Assembly (NCBI GenBank): GCA_963765765.1
Contig: CAVXYC010000021.1
Span: forward strand, 1-64,000
From: an uncultured Chloroflexia bacterium
GTDB lineage: Bacteria > Chloroflexota > UBA6077 > JACCZL01
Direction of reading: 5' to 3'
DNA length: 64,000 nucleotides
Made by a program: the position numbers and the translations under genes. Shown here in pieces: positions 31,990 to 41,258 of the stretch; positions within the stretch are counted from its first letter, which is position 1, and every line of letters begins with the position of its first letter. The notes below the pieces were generated by a model. It was not told the DNA's origin and did not search any database. It saw nothing but the letters and a program-made list of their open reading frames with translations.

Positions 31990-33285
31990 CTACGAGGAAA
32001 AGTCCCGCACAAGCTCCATCGTAGACTTGATCCAATTGGCTTCCTCAGGCAGGATGGCCCAGTGGTTACGAACGCGATACGCCTCGGGGCTATCCACGAC
32101 CGGCGGTGTCACCGAGTCATCGCGTAGTGCTTTGGCCGCGGTGATCAGGCGTCGTCGGACGCGGATGATTGCCGCGTCAGTGGTTCCCAGGTGCTCCCTC
32201 GAGCGATCGTAGACGGAGCCCATCGTCTCCTGCACGGCACCGTCCTGAAGCGGGTTGGAGCGCACGCCGAAGTAGAGCTTGGTCCGCTGTAGCTCGTGAT
32301 CGTGAAAGTAGCTGTTGCTCTTATTGGCCGCAAGACGCCAGCGGCCAAGCCAGTCGCTGGATGGTGGCAGGTACCCGTAGGGATTCCGAAACTCCTCCAT
32401 CTTCGCCTTTTCGTCATGTGACGGCGGACCCTCCGGATCCCAACGAAACTCCAGAACCATAGTGTTTTCATCGTCGATGGGTAGCCAGGCCTTGCCACCC
32501 ACTTCGACCGCGCCGCCTGTGGGCATGGTCCAGAACGGAAACAGAAATTGGGAAATCCGCCAGTAGGCTAAACCGGGCTCGCAATCTCGTCGACCGGCGT
32601 ACATGACGCCATATTCGGTGTCCACGACCTCGAGTCGCGGATGCGGATCTTGATTGTATTTGGCCATTGCTATAGCGCCCGGACGCGCGTTCCGCGGCGT
32701 GGCTTGCTGTGACTTGTCCAGCCGAGTGTGCAGGAAGTTCAGGTGCGACGTATCGATGTCACCCTCGAGTGCCTGCATCCAATTGCACTGACGTAGATGC
32801 CGCCAGATGAAGGGCGGGTTTTCAGGCGTGGTGTTCCAGATCATATTGGGCAGTGGAGGCGGAACCTGACGCGGTCCCATGTAGGCCCAGATAAGCCCAT
32901 TCCGCTCCACGCATGGATACGCCTTGACGCGGACCTTACTCCGAAAGTTGCTTTCCGGCGGCTCGTTCGGCATGTCGACGCACGCGCCGGATGTATCGAA
33001 CTTCCAGCCGTGATAGACGCAGCGCAGGCCGGATTCCTCGTTCCGGCCGAAGAACAGACTGGCGCCGCGATGGGGGCAATGGTTGTCAACCAGACCTACT
33101 CCGCCGGTTGAATCGCGAAACGCGAGCAGATTCTCCGCGAGATGGCGCACGCGCAATGGGGGGCCATCGATATCTGGGATCTCGGAAGAGAAGAGGACGG
33201 GCTGCCAGTATTGGCGCATGAGCTCGCCCATCGGTGTGCCGGGACCAACCCGGGTGAGCAGCTCATTCTCCTCGCGATTCAACAT
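31990..33285 (-). CDS. Rieske oxygenase alpha subunit (phthalate 4,5-dioxygenase-like)
   Basis: MLNREENELLTRVGPGTPMG, CPHRGASL…CVYHGW, EGDIDTSHLNFLH. Confidence 0.92.
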   Translation of the reverse strand: MLNREENELLTRVGPGTPMGELMRQYWQPVLFSSEIPDIDGPPLRVRHLAENLLAFRDSTGGVGLVDNHCPHRGASLFFGRNEESGLRCVYHGWKFDTSGACVDMPNEPPESNFRSKVRVKAYPCVERNGLIWAYMGPRQVPPPLPNMIWNTTPENPPFIWRHLRQCNWMQALEGDIDTSHLNFLHTRLDKSQQATPRNARPGAIAMAKYNQDPHPRLEVVDTEYGVMYAGRRDCEPGLAYWRISQFLFPFWTMPTGGAVEVGGKAWLPIDDENTMVLEFRWDPEGPPSHDEKAKMEEFRNPYGYLPPSSDWLGRWRLAANKSNSYFHDHELQRTKLYFGVRSNPLQDGAVQETMGSVYDRSREHLGTTDAAIIRVRRRLITAAKALRDDSVTPPVVDSPEAYRVRNHWAILPEEANWIKSTMELVRDFSS

Positions 33286-33512
33286 GGGGCACCTCTTTCT
33301 GTCGCGCGTAAGCAGGCCGATTTTACGCCCCTTTTGTCGCGGAGATCGGCCTGCGATATGGGAATTTAGCCACGACATTTTGAACAGATGACACGATAAG
33401 GTGAATAGGAGTACCCTAGGGGCCTACGCGACTGTCCGGTCGTGAGCCACCAGGCTGGGAGAAACGGACGGGTCGGGCGCGCAGGGAAATTCCTGGGAGG
33501 ACTTGTACTCCG

Positions 33513-34526
33513 ATGTACAACGGCAAAAAGGTACTGGATATCCACGGACATGTGTCCGCGCCGACGGCGACGCGTGCGTTCGTGTCGATGCTCATGGCAT
33601 CGAACACGGCAATGAAGAGTCCGCTCTCCGACGGTCGACCGAACCCCGAGCTGTCGGATGAGGAGTTTATGAAGAGCTGCGGCCGCCACGCCGACTTCAT
33701 GAGCGAGCGCGACATCGATGTGCAGGTCATCGGCCCCCGTCCATTTATGATGCTCGGCTGGATGCAGGATCACCTGCTCCCGGCATGGACGCGATTCGTC
33801 AATGACACCATTCACAAGCAGTGCTCGCTCTTTCCGGATCGGTTCATCGGCGCGGCGCAGCTTCCGCAGAACAGCGACGCGGACGATCTGAGCCACTGTC
33901 TCCCCGAGCTTGCCCGCTGTGTGGACGAGCTGGGCTTCAAGGCTGTCTACCTGGCTCCGGACCCTAAGGGTCTACGCACTACTCCTGGCATGCACGAGCA
34001 TTATTGGGACCCGATCTACGCCGAGTGCCAGAAGCGCGGTCTGCCGATCATCGTCCACGGCACCAATTGCCAGGACAAGCGGATTGGCATCATCCCGCAG
34101 AACTACCAGATCGGCTTCGTCTGGGAGCAGTACCTGGCCACGCAGCTCCTGTCCCACGGCGATGTCTTCGATCGCTTCCCTGACCTTAGGGTCGTGGTGT
34201 GTCACGGTGGTGGCGCGCTCAATCGCTTCATCCCCACCGACCCGCACCTCGGACAGAAGGACTACACCAGGAATCTGTTCTTCGACACCTGCGTGCACGA
34301 CCTCCCAGTGCTCGAAGCCAGCATCAAGCAGAAGGGTGTCAAGAACACGCTCTTCGGCACGGAGGCCCCTGGCTCCGGTGGTGCAGTGCGACCTGAGACC
34401 GGCAAGACTGCTGACGACATGGTGCCTGTGATTGATGCCCTTGCCTTCCTCTCGCAGGGGGACAAGGACGACATCTTCCACAACAACCCGTTGAAGTTCC
34501 TCCCGGCCTTCGAGGCAAAGCTCTAA
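33513..34526 (+). CDS. amidohydrolase family 2 protein (LigJ 4-oxalomesaconate hydratase-like)
   Basis: DIHGH, GPRP, IIVHG, VCHGGG, FDTCV, LFGTE…G…RPETGK..DD, typical of the LigJ branch. Confidence 0.75.
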   Translation: MYNGKKVLDIHGHVSAPTATRAFVSMLMASNTAMKSPLSDGRPNPELSDEEFMKSCGRHADFMSERDIDVQVIGPRPFMMLGWMQDHLLPAWTRFVNDTIHKQCSLFPDRFIGAAQLPQNSDADDLSHCLPELARCVDELGFKAVYLAPDPKGLRTTPGMHEHYWDPIYAECQKRGLPIIVHGTNCQDKRIGIIPQNYQIGFVWEQYLATQLLSHGDVFDRFPDLRVVVCHGGGALNRFIPTDPHLGQKDYTRNLFFDTCVHDLPVLEASIKQKGVKNTLFGTEAPGSGGAVRPETGKTADDMVPVIDALAFLSQGDKDDIFHNNPLKFLPAFEAKL

Positions 34527-34565
34527 CTCTCGACAGTTTTGACGCCACCACTCATCTGGTGGCTG

Positions 34566-34614
34566 AGCATAAAGAAGCGGGCGGGCCCAATGGGCCCGCC
34601 CGCTTCTTTATGCT
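34566..34614. terminator. bidirectional rho-independent terminator
   Basis: AGCATAAAGAAGCGGGCGGGCCC-AAT-GGGCCCGCCCGCTTCTTTATGCT. Confidence 0.8.
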
Positions 34615-34746
34615 ACGACCATCACCCTTGGATTATAGAGCGGAAATCCTGGCGCGTTTGGCAAGTGGCACAAAGCGCTTTCCATAGCAACACAGAGAGC
34701 TGATCTCACGGGGATCCGCTCTCTGTGTTGGGTTGATCCGGGGTTG

Positions 34747-35208
34747 TTAAATCAGGATTTTCGTGCCTGAGGGGGCTTCGGCCTTTCGTCCGCCGCCGCC
34801 TTCATTGAGCGGCTTGCGGGTGTCGTAATCGATCTTCAGGCTCTGCTGGAAGTTGAGAGCCCGCGATCCGAGAAGGATCAGGTCCTCAGTGCCGGTGTTG
34901 TGGAGCTGATAGAAGTGGCCGCCGGGCATGAGCGCAATATTGCCGGGGGTCAACACTTCGTCGGGGCGATCCGGGAAATGAAGCGTACACTCGCCGGTGA
35001 CGCAGTAGAACGTCTGGTCGGCGTTGTGGCAATGCATTTCGTCCATCTCGGTAGGCTTGTAGACATTGATCCAGGTGTGAAAGTCCGGTCCGTTCATCAA
35101 GACCGTGCGGGAGCGCTGGCGGTTCGTCGGAACGGCGGCCCCGTGGAGACCCAGCTCCATGAGATCGACGACCTTGATTCGATTGGCCGTCTCTGTCTCA
35201 GCAGTCAA
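34747..35208 (-). CDS. cupin domain protein
   Basis: EMHCH…DQTF (cupin motif 1), PGGHFYQLHNTG (motif 2); GGAGG RBS before TTG. Confidence 0.75.
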   Translation of the reverse strand: MTAETETANRIKVVDLMELGLHGAAVPTNRQRSRTVLMNGPDFHTWINVYKPTEMDEMHCHNADQTFYCVTGECTLHFPDRPDEVLTPGNIALMPGGHFYQLHNTGTEDLILLGSRALNFQQSLKIDYDTRKPLNEGGGGRKAEAPSGTKILI

Positions 35209-35348
35209 TTCAACCTCCTACGGCTCGATTCGCGTCGAGGTATACGACGCGTCGGGCATTGACCACCATTGTTCCAGACCGGGCCCAGCTCAGCAACCAT
35301 CGATGCACCAAAGAGCATGGCACTTGACTGCTGATAGGTCGTCGCAGC

Positions 35349-36341
35349 TCATGGATTCGGTGTGGAGGTCCGAGTCGGCGTACTCGTAGCGTTAACCGTC
35401 GGTGTAACGGTGGCTGTTGGTACTGCCGTTCCGCCCGTGGCAGTGGGCCCGGCGGTGCCACGGGTCGGAGTACGGGTCGCTTCACTAGCGTTCCCGTTCC
35501 CGACGTTGTCATTGTCATCAGACGAGAAGTTGTCGTTGTCGTCTGAAAATGAGTTGTCATTGTCACCGGAATTGATAGTCCGAATAGTAGCTTCCAGGGT
35601 GCCAAGTGGAGGGCGCGGCTGCAGCACAGACGAAAGGGGAGCGGCGGCCACCGCCGGAGGTGCAAGCGGGACACTGGGAATTCCCGCGCTTGTGCCTGCA
35701 ATGATAAGCTGCGATCCGCTGAGGGGACCGGTCGCTGTTTCACCTGTGACGCGAAGGCCGCGGGCAAAAACCATGGCCTCATCCGGTGCGGTGACAACCT
35801 CACGGGCGATGACCGTGCCAATGCCCGGCAGTGGGATCGACTGGTTGAGCTCAACGGGAAAGATCGGCACGTTGTCAACAACCAAGCCTTCAATTGCGAC
35901 GTCGCCACTCGTGCTGGGTTGGCCGTCAGGGCTGCTCGCCGAGGCGCTGACGCGCAGGCTGCTCACACGAACGCGACCGCCGAAGAGGTAGACGCCTGAC
36001 GTCCAGGCAGTGGCTGACGCACTCGCGTTACTCCCAGAGGCAAAGCCGTTCACAGTAACGAGCGGGAGATCCACCAGACCCAGACCTTCGATGGCGTACT
36101 GGACGCTAGAGTCAGACGCGGACCCGCCCGCGGCCGGGACGGCGGCGTACGGCGATCGATCGAGCGCTTTGGGCGGTTCGCCCCTGGCCACGGTAACGGC
36201 CTCAGCACCCGCGCCAAGTCCCTGCGCCGCACCGTAGTCGCCGCTCAGGCTCCAGAGAATGACGAGGCTAAATGCCGCGGCTCCCAGGATTCGGAGTGCT
36301 GGGCTTGATCGTCGGAGAAATTTACGAGACACGTTGGACAC
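35349..36341 (-). CDS. secreted or surface hypothetical protein (beta-rich domain, DDNDN repeats, Thr/Pro tail)
   Basis: N-terminal hydrophobic segment; beta-rich core; GDNDNSFSDDNDNFSSDDNDN; TPT-rich C-terminus. Confidence 0.65.
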   Translation of the reverse strand: MSNVSRKFLRRSSPALRILGAAAFSLVILWSLSGDYGAAQGLGAGAEAVTVARGEPPKALDRSPYAAVPAAGGSASDSSVQYAIEGLGLVDLPLVTVNGFASGSNASASATAWTSGVYLFGGRVRVSSLRVSASASSPDGQPSTSGDVAIEGLVVDNVPIFPVELNQSIPLPGIGTVIAREVVTAPDEAMVFARGLRVTGETATGPLSGSQLIIAGTSAGIPSVPLAPPAVAAAPLSSVLQPRPPLGTLEATIRTINSGDNDNSFSDDNDNFSSDDNDNVGNGNASEATRTPTRGTAGPTATGGTAVPTATVTPTVNATSTPTRTSTPNP

Positions 36342-36672
36342 ATCTTAAAACGATGGGAAACTACAGTGGTGTCGCGACAAGGACTAACTCCCGGCGGCTT
36401 TCCCGTCCTGCGCAAGTAGTCAACAACGACACTCAAAGCTGTTGAAGGATGGCGGGACTGGTCCTTTTCGAGGTCGCTGAGTTGCTCCGTGGCAAGACAA
36501 TTTGCCTCGGGTATGCAGGCGATCCGACACCATGTTCTTTATATCTATAGACGTGCCGGCCTATGGAGATGATCCCTCGTTATCCAAGTTCGTGAGTCGT
36601 CTCGAATTTACTCAATCGCACCTATCGTTCATGCCTAACGGCCACTCTGCTGTCCAGAGTTGTCTCAAACAG

Positions 36673-36708
36673 CATCAGGGGGCGGCACGTTAGTGCCGCC
36701 CCCTGATG
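36673..36708. terminator. hairpin terminator
   Basis: CATCAGGGGGCGGCAC-GTTA-GTGCCGCCCCCTGATG downstream of the 36753 gene. Confidence 0.65.
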
Positions 36709-36752
36709 ATTCGCCAATGCGGAACGCTGGGCGAACGGGTTGTCAGGACAGT

Positions 36753-37319
36753 TTACTGACCTGAATTACTTTGACCGGAATCGTTAGAGCCACTCGATCC
36801 CTGGCCGCTCCCGCTATTGCCGGAATTGTTGGAGTCACTCTGGCCGCCAGTATTTTGGCTGGAGTTATTCACGCCTCCCTGGTCGGAGCTATTCGCGCCG
36901 CTCTGATTATTCTCGTCGTCATCGTCATCGTCGCCGCCGCGTTGGCGGCTGTTTGACTCATTTCCCTGACTTTGCGCTGCCTCCTGCTCGTCATCTGACT
37001 GGTTCTGACCCATAACACCTGAACCAGTTTGGGCACCGGACTGACCCTGGCCTTGTCCGGTCTGAGCGCCAGTTCCCATTTCGCCTGGTGTGAATCCAGC
37101 CGCTCTCAACTGAGCGTCGTGCTCCATAGCCCAGCGTTCCTCGGCTTGCTGACCCCACGTCCCTACAAAGAGCTGCTGGGTCGCCTGGCTTTCGCTTCCC
37201 AACGTTCTCCCGTCAAGGGCCGTTGTGTTCTGCATCTGCTGAGCGCTTGCAGCCGAAATCGGCATGATGAGCAATGCAAGCCCGAAGCTAGTTGCTATCA
37301 ACGTCTTCCGAAGTTTCAC
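36753..37319 (-). CDS. secreted hypothetical protein with TWG…W..EH domain and a low-complexity Q/S/N/D tail
   Basis: AGGAG RBS, GTG start, signal peptide ending ASA-QQ; paralog of 53756..54142. Confidence 0.7.
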   Translation of the reverse strand: MKLRKTLIATSFGLALLIMPISAASAQQMQNTTALDGRTLGSESQATQQLFVGTWGQQAEERWAMEHDAQLRAAGFTPGEMGTGAQTGQGQGQSGAQTGSGVMGQNQSDDEQEAAQSQGNESNSRQRGGDDDDDDENNQSGANSSDQGGVNNSSQNTGGQSDSNNSGNSGSGQGSSGSNDSGQSNSGQ

Positions 37320-37606
37320 TTTGACCTTCTCCTGTGTGATGCATGGACTCCATGCGTGTTCCAAAATTGCCGATTGGAGATGCTGACGCTTCTATGATCA
37401 ATTGATCATCTTGTCAACCGCTCCTTTGTCGTTTCCGTTCGCCTTTCGCCGCTTAGTGCATGATGCGTTCCACGGCTTGACAGAACGGTAGTTGCCGCAG
37501 GAGGCGCTTCGAGCGTTACGAATGCATCGCAGGCGTCAGCCGGGGAGAGCTTTCACTTCGCAGGATTGCCGGCTACAATGCGCCGAAGTTGGAAGGAGTC
37601 AACACG

Positions 37607-38623
37607 ATGGCAAATAAGGTGCGAATCTCGTTTGTAACCAACCGGCACGATCCGTTCATGCCGCTTATCGATGGTGAGGTCGATTGCGAAGGTGTTGAGC
37701 TTGTGACCACGTTCTCCGATCCATCGGAGACATTCTGGCGTCAGCTCAAGTTCAATGAGTTTCAGCTTGCGGAGATGTCGCTCTCGTCCTATTTGATCGC
37801 ACGTGATCAAGGGGCTGACATGGCGTACCTGCCGGTCTTCCCTTCGCGCTCGCTCTTCTGGACTGGCCAGTCCTACCACGTGGACTCCGGTATCAAGGAG
37901 CCGGGCGATCTAAAGGGCAAGAGTATCGGCGTGGGTGAGTACCAGCAGACTGCCTCACTCTGGACCCGAGGCATCCTCGAGCACGATTTCGGTGTTTCTC
38001 AATTTGACCTTGATTGGTGGATGGAGCGCACCGAGGAGCTCAGCCACGGCGGAGCCACGGGATTCAAACCGATGGAAGGCATCAAGTTCCATCGCATCCC
38101 GGCAGACAAGAGCCTGGCCTCTATGCTGGTGAACCATGAGATCGATGCGGCCACGGTGGGTCGGGCTTTCTCCAAGGAGAGCAATATCATCGATCGCTCC
38201 ACACAAATCCGCGCGTTGGATGGCGATTGGAGCAAGGTGAAGAAACTCTTCCCGGATCGCATCTCTGAGGGCGAGCGCTTCTATAAGAAATGGGGGTTTG
38301 TCCCAGCGAACCACGGCGTGGCGATTCGAGGCGATGTCTACCGAGAGCACCCGTGGATGGCCTTCAATCTGTACAAGGCGTTCGTTGAGTCGAAAGACGT
38401 GGCACGCGAGCACCTCGAGGATCACATGCCGTCCGGCCTCTTCTTTGGTCCCGAATACGCCGCCCAGACGAAGAAGATCTTCGGCGACGACTTCTTCCCG
38501 TATGGCGTGAAGGCCAACCACGATATGGTGCAGACGGCGATCAACTTCTCACATGAGCAGGGCTTCATCAAGTCCAAGCCGCGTGTGGAGGATATCTTCG
38601 TCGAGCAGGTGCGAGACCTGTAG
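37607..38623 (+). CDS. 4,5-dihydroxyphthalate decarboxylase-like protein (PhtD/OphC family, periplasmic-binding fold)
   Basis: PSETFWRQL, AEMSLSSY, PVFPSR, GVGEYQQTASLW.RGIL, PYGV..N, QG; no signal peptide. Confidence 0.75.
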   Translation: MANKVRISFVTNRHDPFMPLIDGEVDCEGVELVTTFSDPSETFWRQLKFNEFQLAEMSLSSYLIARDQGADMAYLPVFPSRSLFWTGQSYHVDSGIKEPGDLKGKSIGVGEYQQTASLWTRGILEHDFGVSQFDLDWWMERTEELSHGGATGFKPMEGIKFHRIPADKSLASMLVNHEIDAATVGRAFSKESNIIDRSTQIRALDGDWSKVKKLFPDRISEGERFYKKWGFVPANHGVAIRGDVYREHPWMAFNLYKAFVESKDVAREHLEDHMPSGLFFGPEYAAQTKKIFGDDFFPYGVKANHDMVQTAINFSHEQGFIKSKPRVEDIFVEQVRDL

Positions 38624-38647
38624 TTAGTCGCCAGGATGAGCGTTGAT

Positions 38648-38673
38648 AAGGGGCAGGCGATCGCCTGCCCCTT
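38648..38673 (+). terminator. rho-independent terminator
   Basis: AAGGGGCAGGCGATCGCCTGCCCCTT followed by CTTC. Confidence 0.65.
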
Positions 38674-38721
38674 CTTCGTGCGAACGCTAACTCGCGGCGG
38701 CGTGTTACAAATTCGATAAGC

Positions 38722-39255
38722 ATGATCAATTTCGCGTTTTTTCCTACTCAGATCGGCACGTGCGCGATCGCCTGGGGCGAGCACGGTGTGTTGGCCGTTC
38801 AGCTCCCAGAGAGTGATGAGGCTCGTCTGCGCTTGCAGATCACGAAGCGTTGGCAAAATGCCGTTGAGGCGCCGCCGTCTGATGACGTCAACCAGTGGAT
38901 CGTCGAGATGACCGCGCTTCTCGATGGCGAAGCGCGCGATCTCCGTGACGTTCACCTGGACATGGCAGATGTGCCTGAGTTCAATCAACGCGTGTACGCG
39001 GTAGCACGCAAGATACCCCCAGGATCAACGCGCACATATGGGGAGATTGCCACGGAGCTAGGCGATTCGCTGCTCGCACGTGCTGTCGGTCAGGCGTTGG
39101 GACAGAACCCCTTCCCGATTGTTGTGCCGTGCCATCGCGTGCTCGCTGCCAATCGCTTGCCTGGCGGCTTCTCCGCTCCCGGCGGCACGCACACGAAGGT
39201 CCGCATGCTGGCGATCGAGGGCGTGGACGTTGGCGAACAGCTCCCGCTGTTCTAA
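38722..39255 (+). CDS. ogt: methylated-DNA--protein-cysteine methyltransferase
   Basis: TYGEIA…ARAVGQALGQNP…VPCHRV. Confidence 0.92.
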   Translation: MINFAFFPTQIGTCAIAWGEHGVLAVQLPESDEARLRLQITKRWQNAVEAPPSDDVNQWIVEMTALLDGEARDLRDVHLDMADVPEFNQRVYAVARKIPPGSTRTYGEIATELGDSLLARAVGQALGQNPFPIVVPCHRVLAANRLPGGFSAPGGTHTKVRMLAIEGVDVGEQLPLF

Positions 39256-39389
39256 TTTCCACTAGTGGGCGGCTCTTCTTCGTACGGCATCTCAAGCAGG
39301 CGGACTTGCTCTGGGGCTATCTGTTCGTCAATGCGCTTCGCGCCAGTATCATAGGCGCCAAGGATGCGAGATCACGGAGGCATTGAGGA

Positions 39390-40151
39390 ATGTTCCGAAA
39401 TAAGGTGAAAGCGCTGTGGCGTGAGGGCCAGCCAGCGGCGGTAGGCTGGATGGGTTCACCCGATCCGTACCACACCGAGACGATGGCGGAAGTCGGATTC
39501 GATGCCCTGGTGCTGGACATGCAGCACGGCATGGGCATCGGTCCAGATCGCGCGTCTGACTGGATCCAGCTTGTTGCTCGTTGTGGCATGACGCCCTTCG
39601 TGCGCGTTCCGTGGAACGAGCCCGCCTACATCCAGTGGGTACTGGACGCCGGGGCGCTCGGGATCATTGTTCCGTTGATTGGGTCATATGCCGATGCCGC
39701 AAAAGCTGGCGGAGCCTGTCGATACTCACCGCTGGGATATCGCAGCGTTGGCCCGAATCGCGTGCGTTACAACGGCGGATCAGATTATTTCGAGCATGCT
39801 AACGAAGAGATCGCCTGCCTGGTGATGATCGAGGACGTCAAGACCATCCCACTCCTGGACGAGATCGCCAAGGCCCCGGGGATCGACGGTTTCTACATTG
39901 GCCCGGCCGATCTTTCCGTCACGATGGGGCTACCGCCGGCGATGGACCAAACGGATCCGCGCCATGGCGAGGCGATGCAGCAGATTCTCGACGCGGCGAC
40001 TCGAAACAACCTGGTTTGCGGTCGTCATTGCCGCAATGGTGAATCAGCCGCCCGTCATTTTGCCCAGGGCTTTAAGCTCTGTCCCGCCGCCACGGACATC
40101 ATCGTGCTGGACGCTGGTGCCAGAGCGGAGCTCAAGGCTGCGCGGCCTTAG
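39390..40151 (+). CDS. HpcH/HpaI aldolase family protein
   Basis: DMQHG, VRVP, LDAGALGIIVP, G.RSVG, MIE, IGPADL. Confidence 0.9.
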   Translation: MFRNKVKALWREGQPAAVGWMGSPDPYHTETMAEVGFDALVLDMQHGMGIGPDRASDWIQLVARCGMTPFVRVPWNEPAYIQWVLDAGALGIIVPLIGSYADAAKAGGACRYSPLGYRSVGPNRVRYNGGSDYFEHANEEIACLVMIEDVKTIPLLDEIAKAPGIDGFYIGPADLSVTMGLPPAMDQTDPRHGEAMQQILDAATRNNLVCGRHCRNGESAARHFAQGFKLCPAATDIIVLDAGARAELKAARP

Positions 40152-40240
40152 GAATGAAGAATGGAAAATTAAGAATGCAGAATGGGCCTCGCCGACCCAC
40201 TTACTCTCATTCTTAATTCTTCATTTTGGATTCGCCATTC
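40152..40240. repeat. AT-rich heptamer tandem repeats with an inverted partner between convergent genes
   Basis: GAATGAA GAATGGA AAATTAA GAATGCA GAATGG … CTCATTC TTAATTC TTCATTT TGGATTC GCCATTC. Confidence 0.65.
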
Positions 40241-40242
40241 GC

Positions 40243-41037
40243 TTAGCGCGCCGTCCATCCCCCATCGATAATCATCGGCGCGCCCGTGATATAGGCCGCC
40301 GATTCACTGGCGAGGAAGGCGGCCAGGGCCGCTATCTCGTCCACCGTTCCGCGCCGCCCGACCGGCACGATCGCCTTCCAGGCGGTCGGATCGGCGCCAA
40401 CGCCGGCGTTCATCATGTCCGGCACACCGGGTCCCAGAATCTCCATTGAATTGGCTCGGAGATTTGTTTCGATGGGGCCCGGGCAGATGGCGTTCACGGT
40501 GATGCCGCGGTCCGCGTACGACACGGCCATATGCCGCGTGAGTCCAATCAGACCGTGCTTGGCCGTCACGTACGCCGCGCCGCCTCCTGCGCCTACCAGG
40601 CCCGCGACAGATGAGATGTTGATGATGCGCGCGGCGCTCTGCGCTGAGAGCGCGTCCAACGCGAAGCGGGAGCAGAAGTATGTACCGGTCAGGTGAATAT
40701 TGAGCACGCGGTGCCAGATCTCGGTCTCGACCTCATGGACAGGCCTGTAGCCGTCCAGGATTCCCGCGGCGTTTACCAGGATGCCGAGAGAGCCATTGAG
40801 TGAGACCGCCTGACTCACCGCATCGCGGGCGTCCTCCTCGCTGCTGACATCCGCCTGAATTGCCCTTGCAGTACCACCTTGCTCCTGAATTTGCCGCGCT
40901 GTCTCCTCTGCCGATGTCAGGTGAAGATCGACTGCCGCCACGGGAGCGCCGCGTGCTGCAAGCTCAATTGCTATGGCCTTCCCGATACCTGAGCCTGCAC
41001 CGGTCACGAGTGCCGTACCTGATACGAGACCGTTCAT
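40243..41037 (-). CDS. SDR family oxidoreductase
   Basis: TGAGSGIG, NAAG, YVTAK, DGG. Confidence 0.92.
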   Translation of the reverse strand: MNGLVSGTALVTGAGSGIGKAIAIELAARGAPVAAVDLHLTSAEETARQIQEQGGTARAIQADVSSEEDARDAVSQAVSLNGSLGILVNAAGILDGYRPVHEVETEIWHRVLNIHLTGTYFCSRFALDALSAQSAARIINISSVAGLVGAGGGAAYVTAKHGLIGLTRHMAVSYADRGITVNAICPGPIETNLRANSMEILGPGVPDMMNAGVGADPTAWKAIVPVGRRGTVDEIAALAAFLASESAAYITGAPMIIDGGWTAR

Positions 41038-41258
41038 AAGACGCTCCTCCTGCGCTGCTCCGATTCCAGGGCGCTCATTCGGCGATGCGCTGGATGAACC
41101 TACGGCTGCCGACGAGTACGGACGTCCGGACTTCGCTCCTCGTCGCTAACGTCATCGCGTGAGAATTCACCTATAATACGCGCGTTCCGCCGACCGTCGC
41201 GCTGGCACCCGGGGCGTGGCGACGACGAACCTGGACCACGCTCAACGAAGAGAGGGCC

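Noticed and set aside
36345-36500. c-di-GMP-I riboswitch upstream of the secreted protein (minus-strand GGACGGGAAAGCC)
   Set aside because: Only a partial resemblance; the GGCAAA/GAAA P2 element and the closing P1 are not evident.
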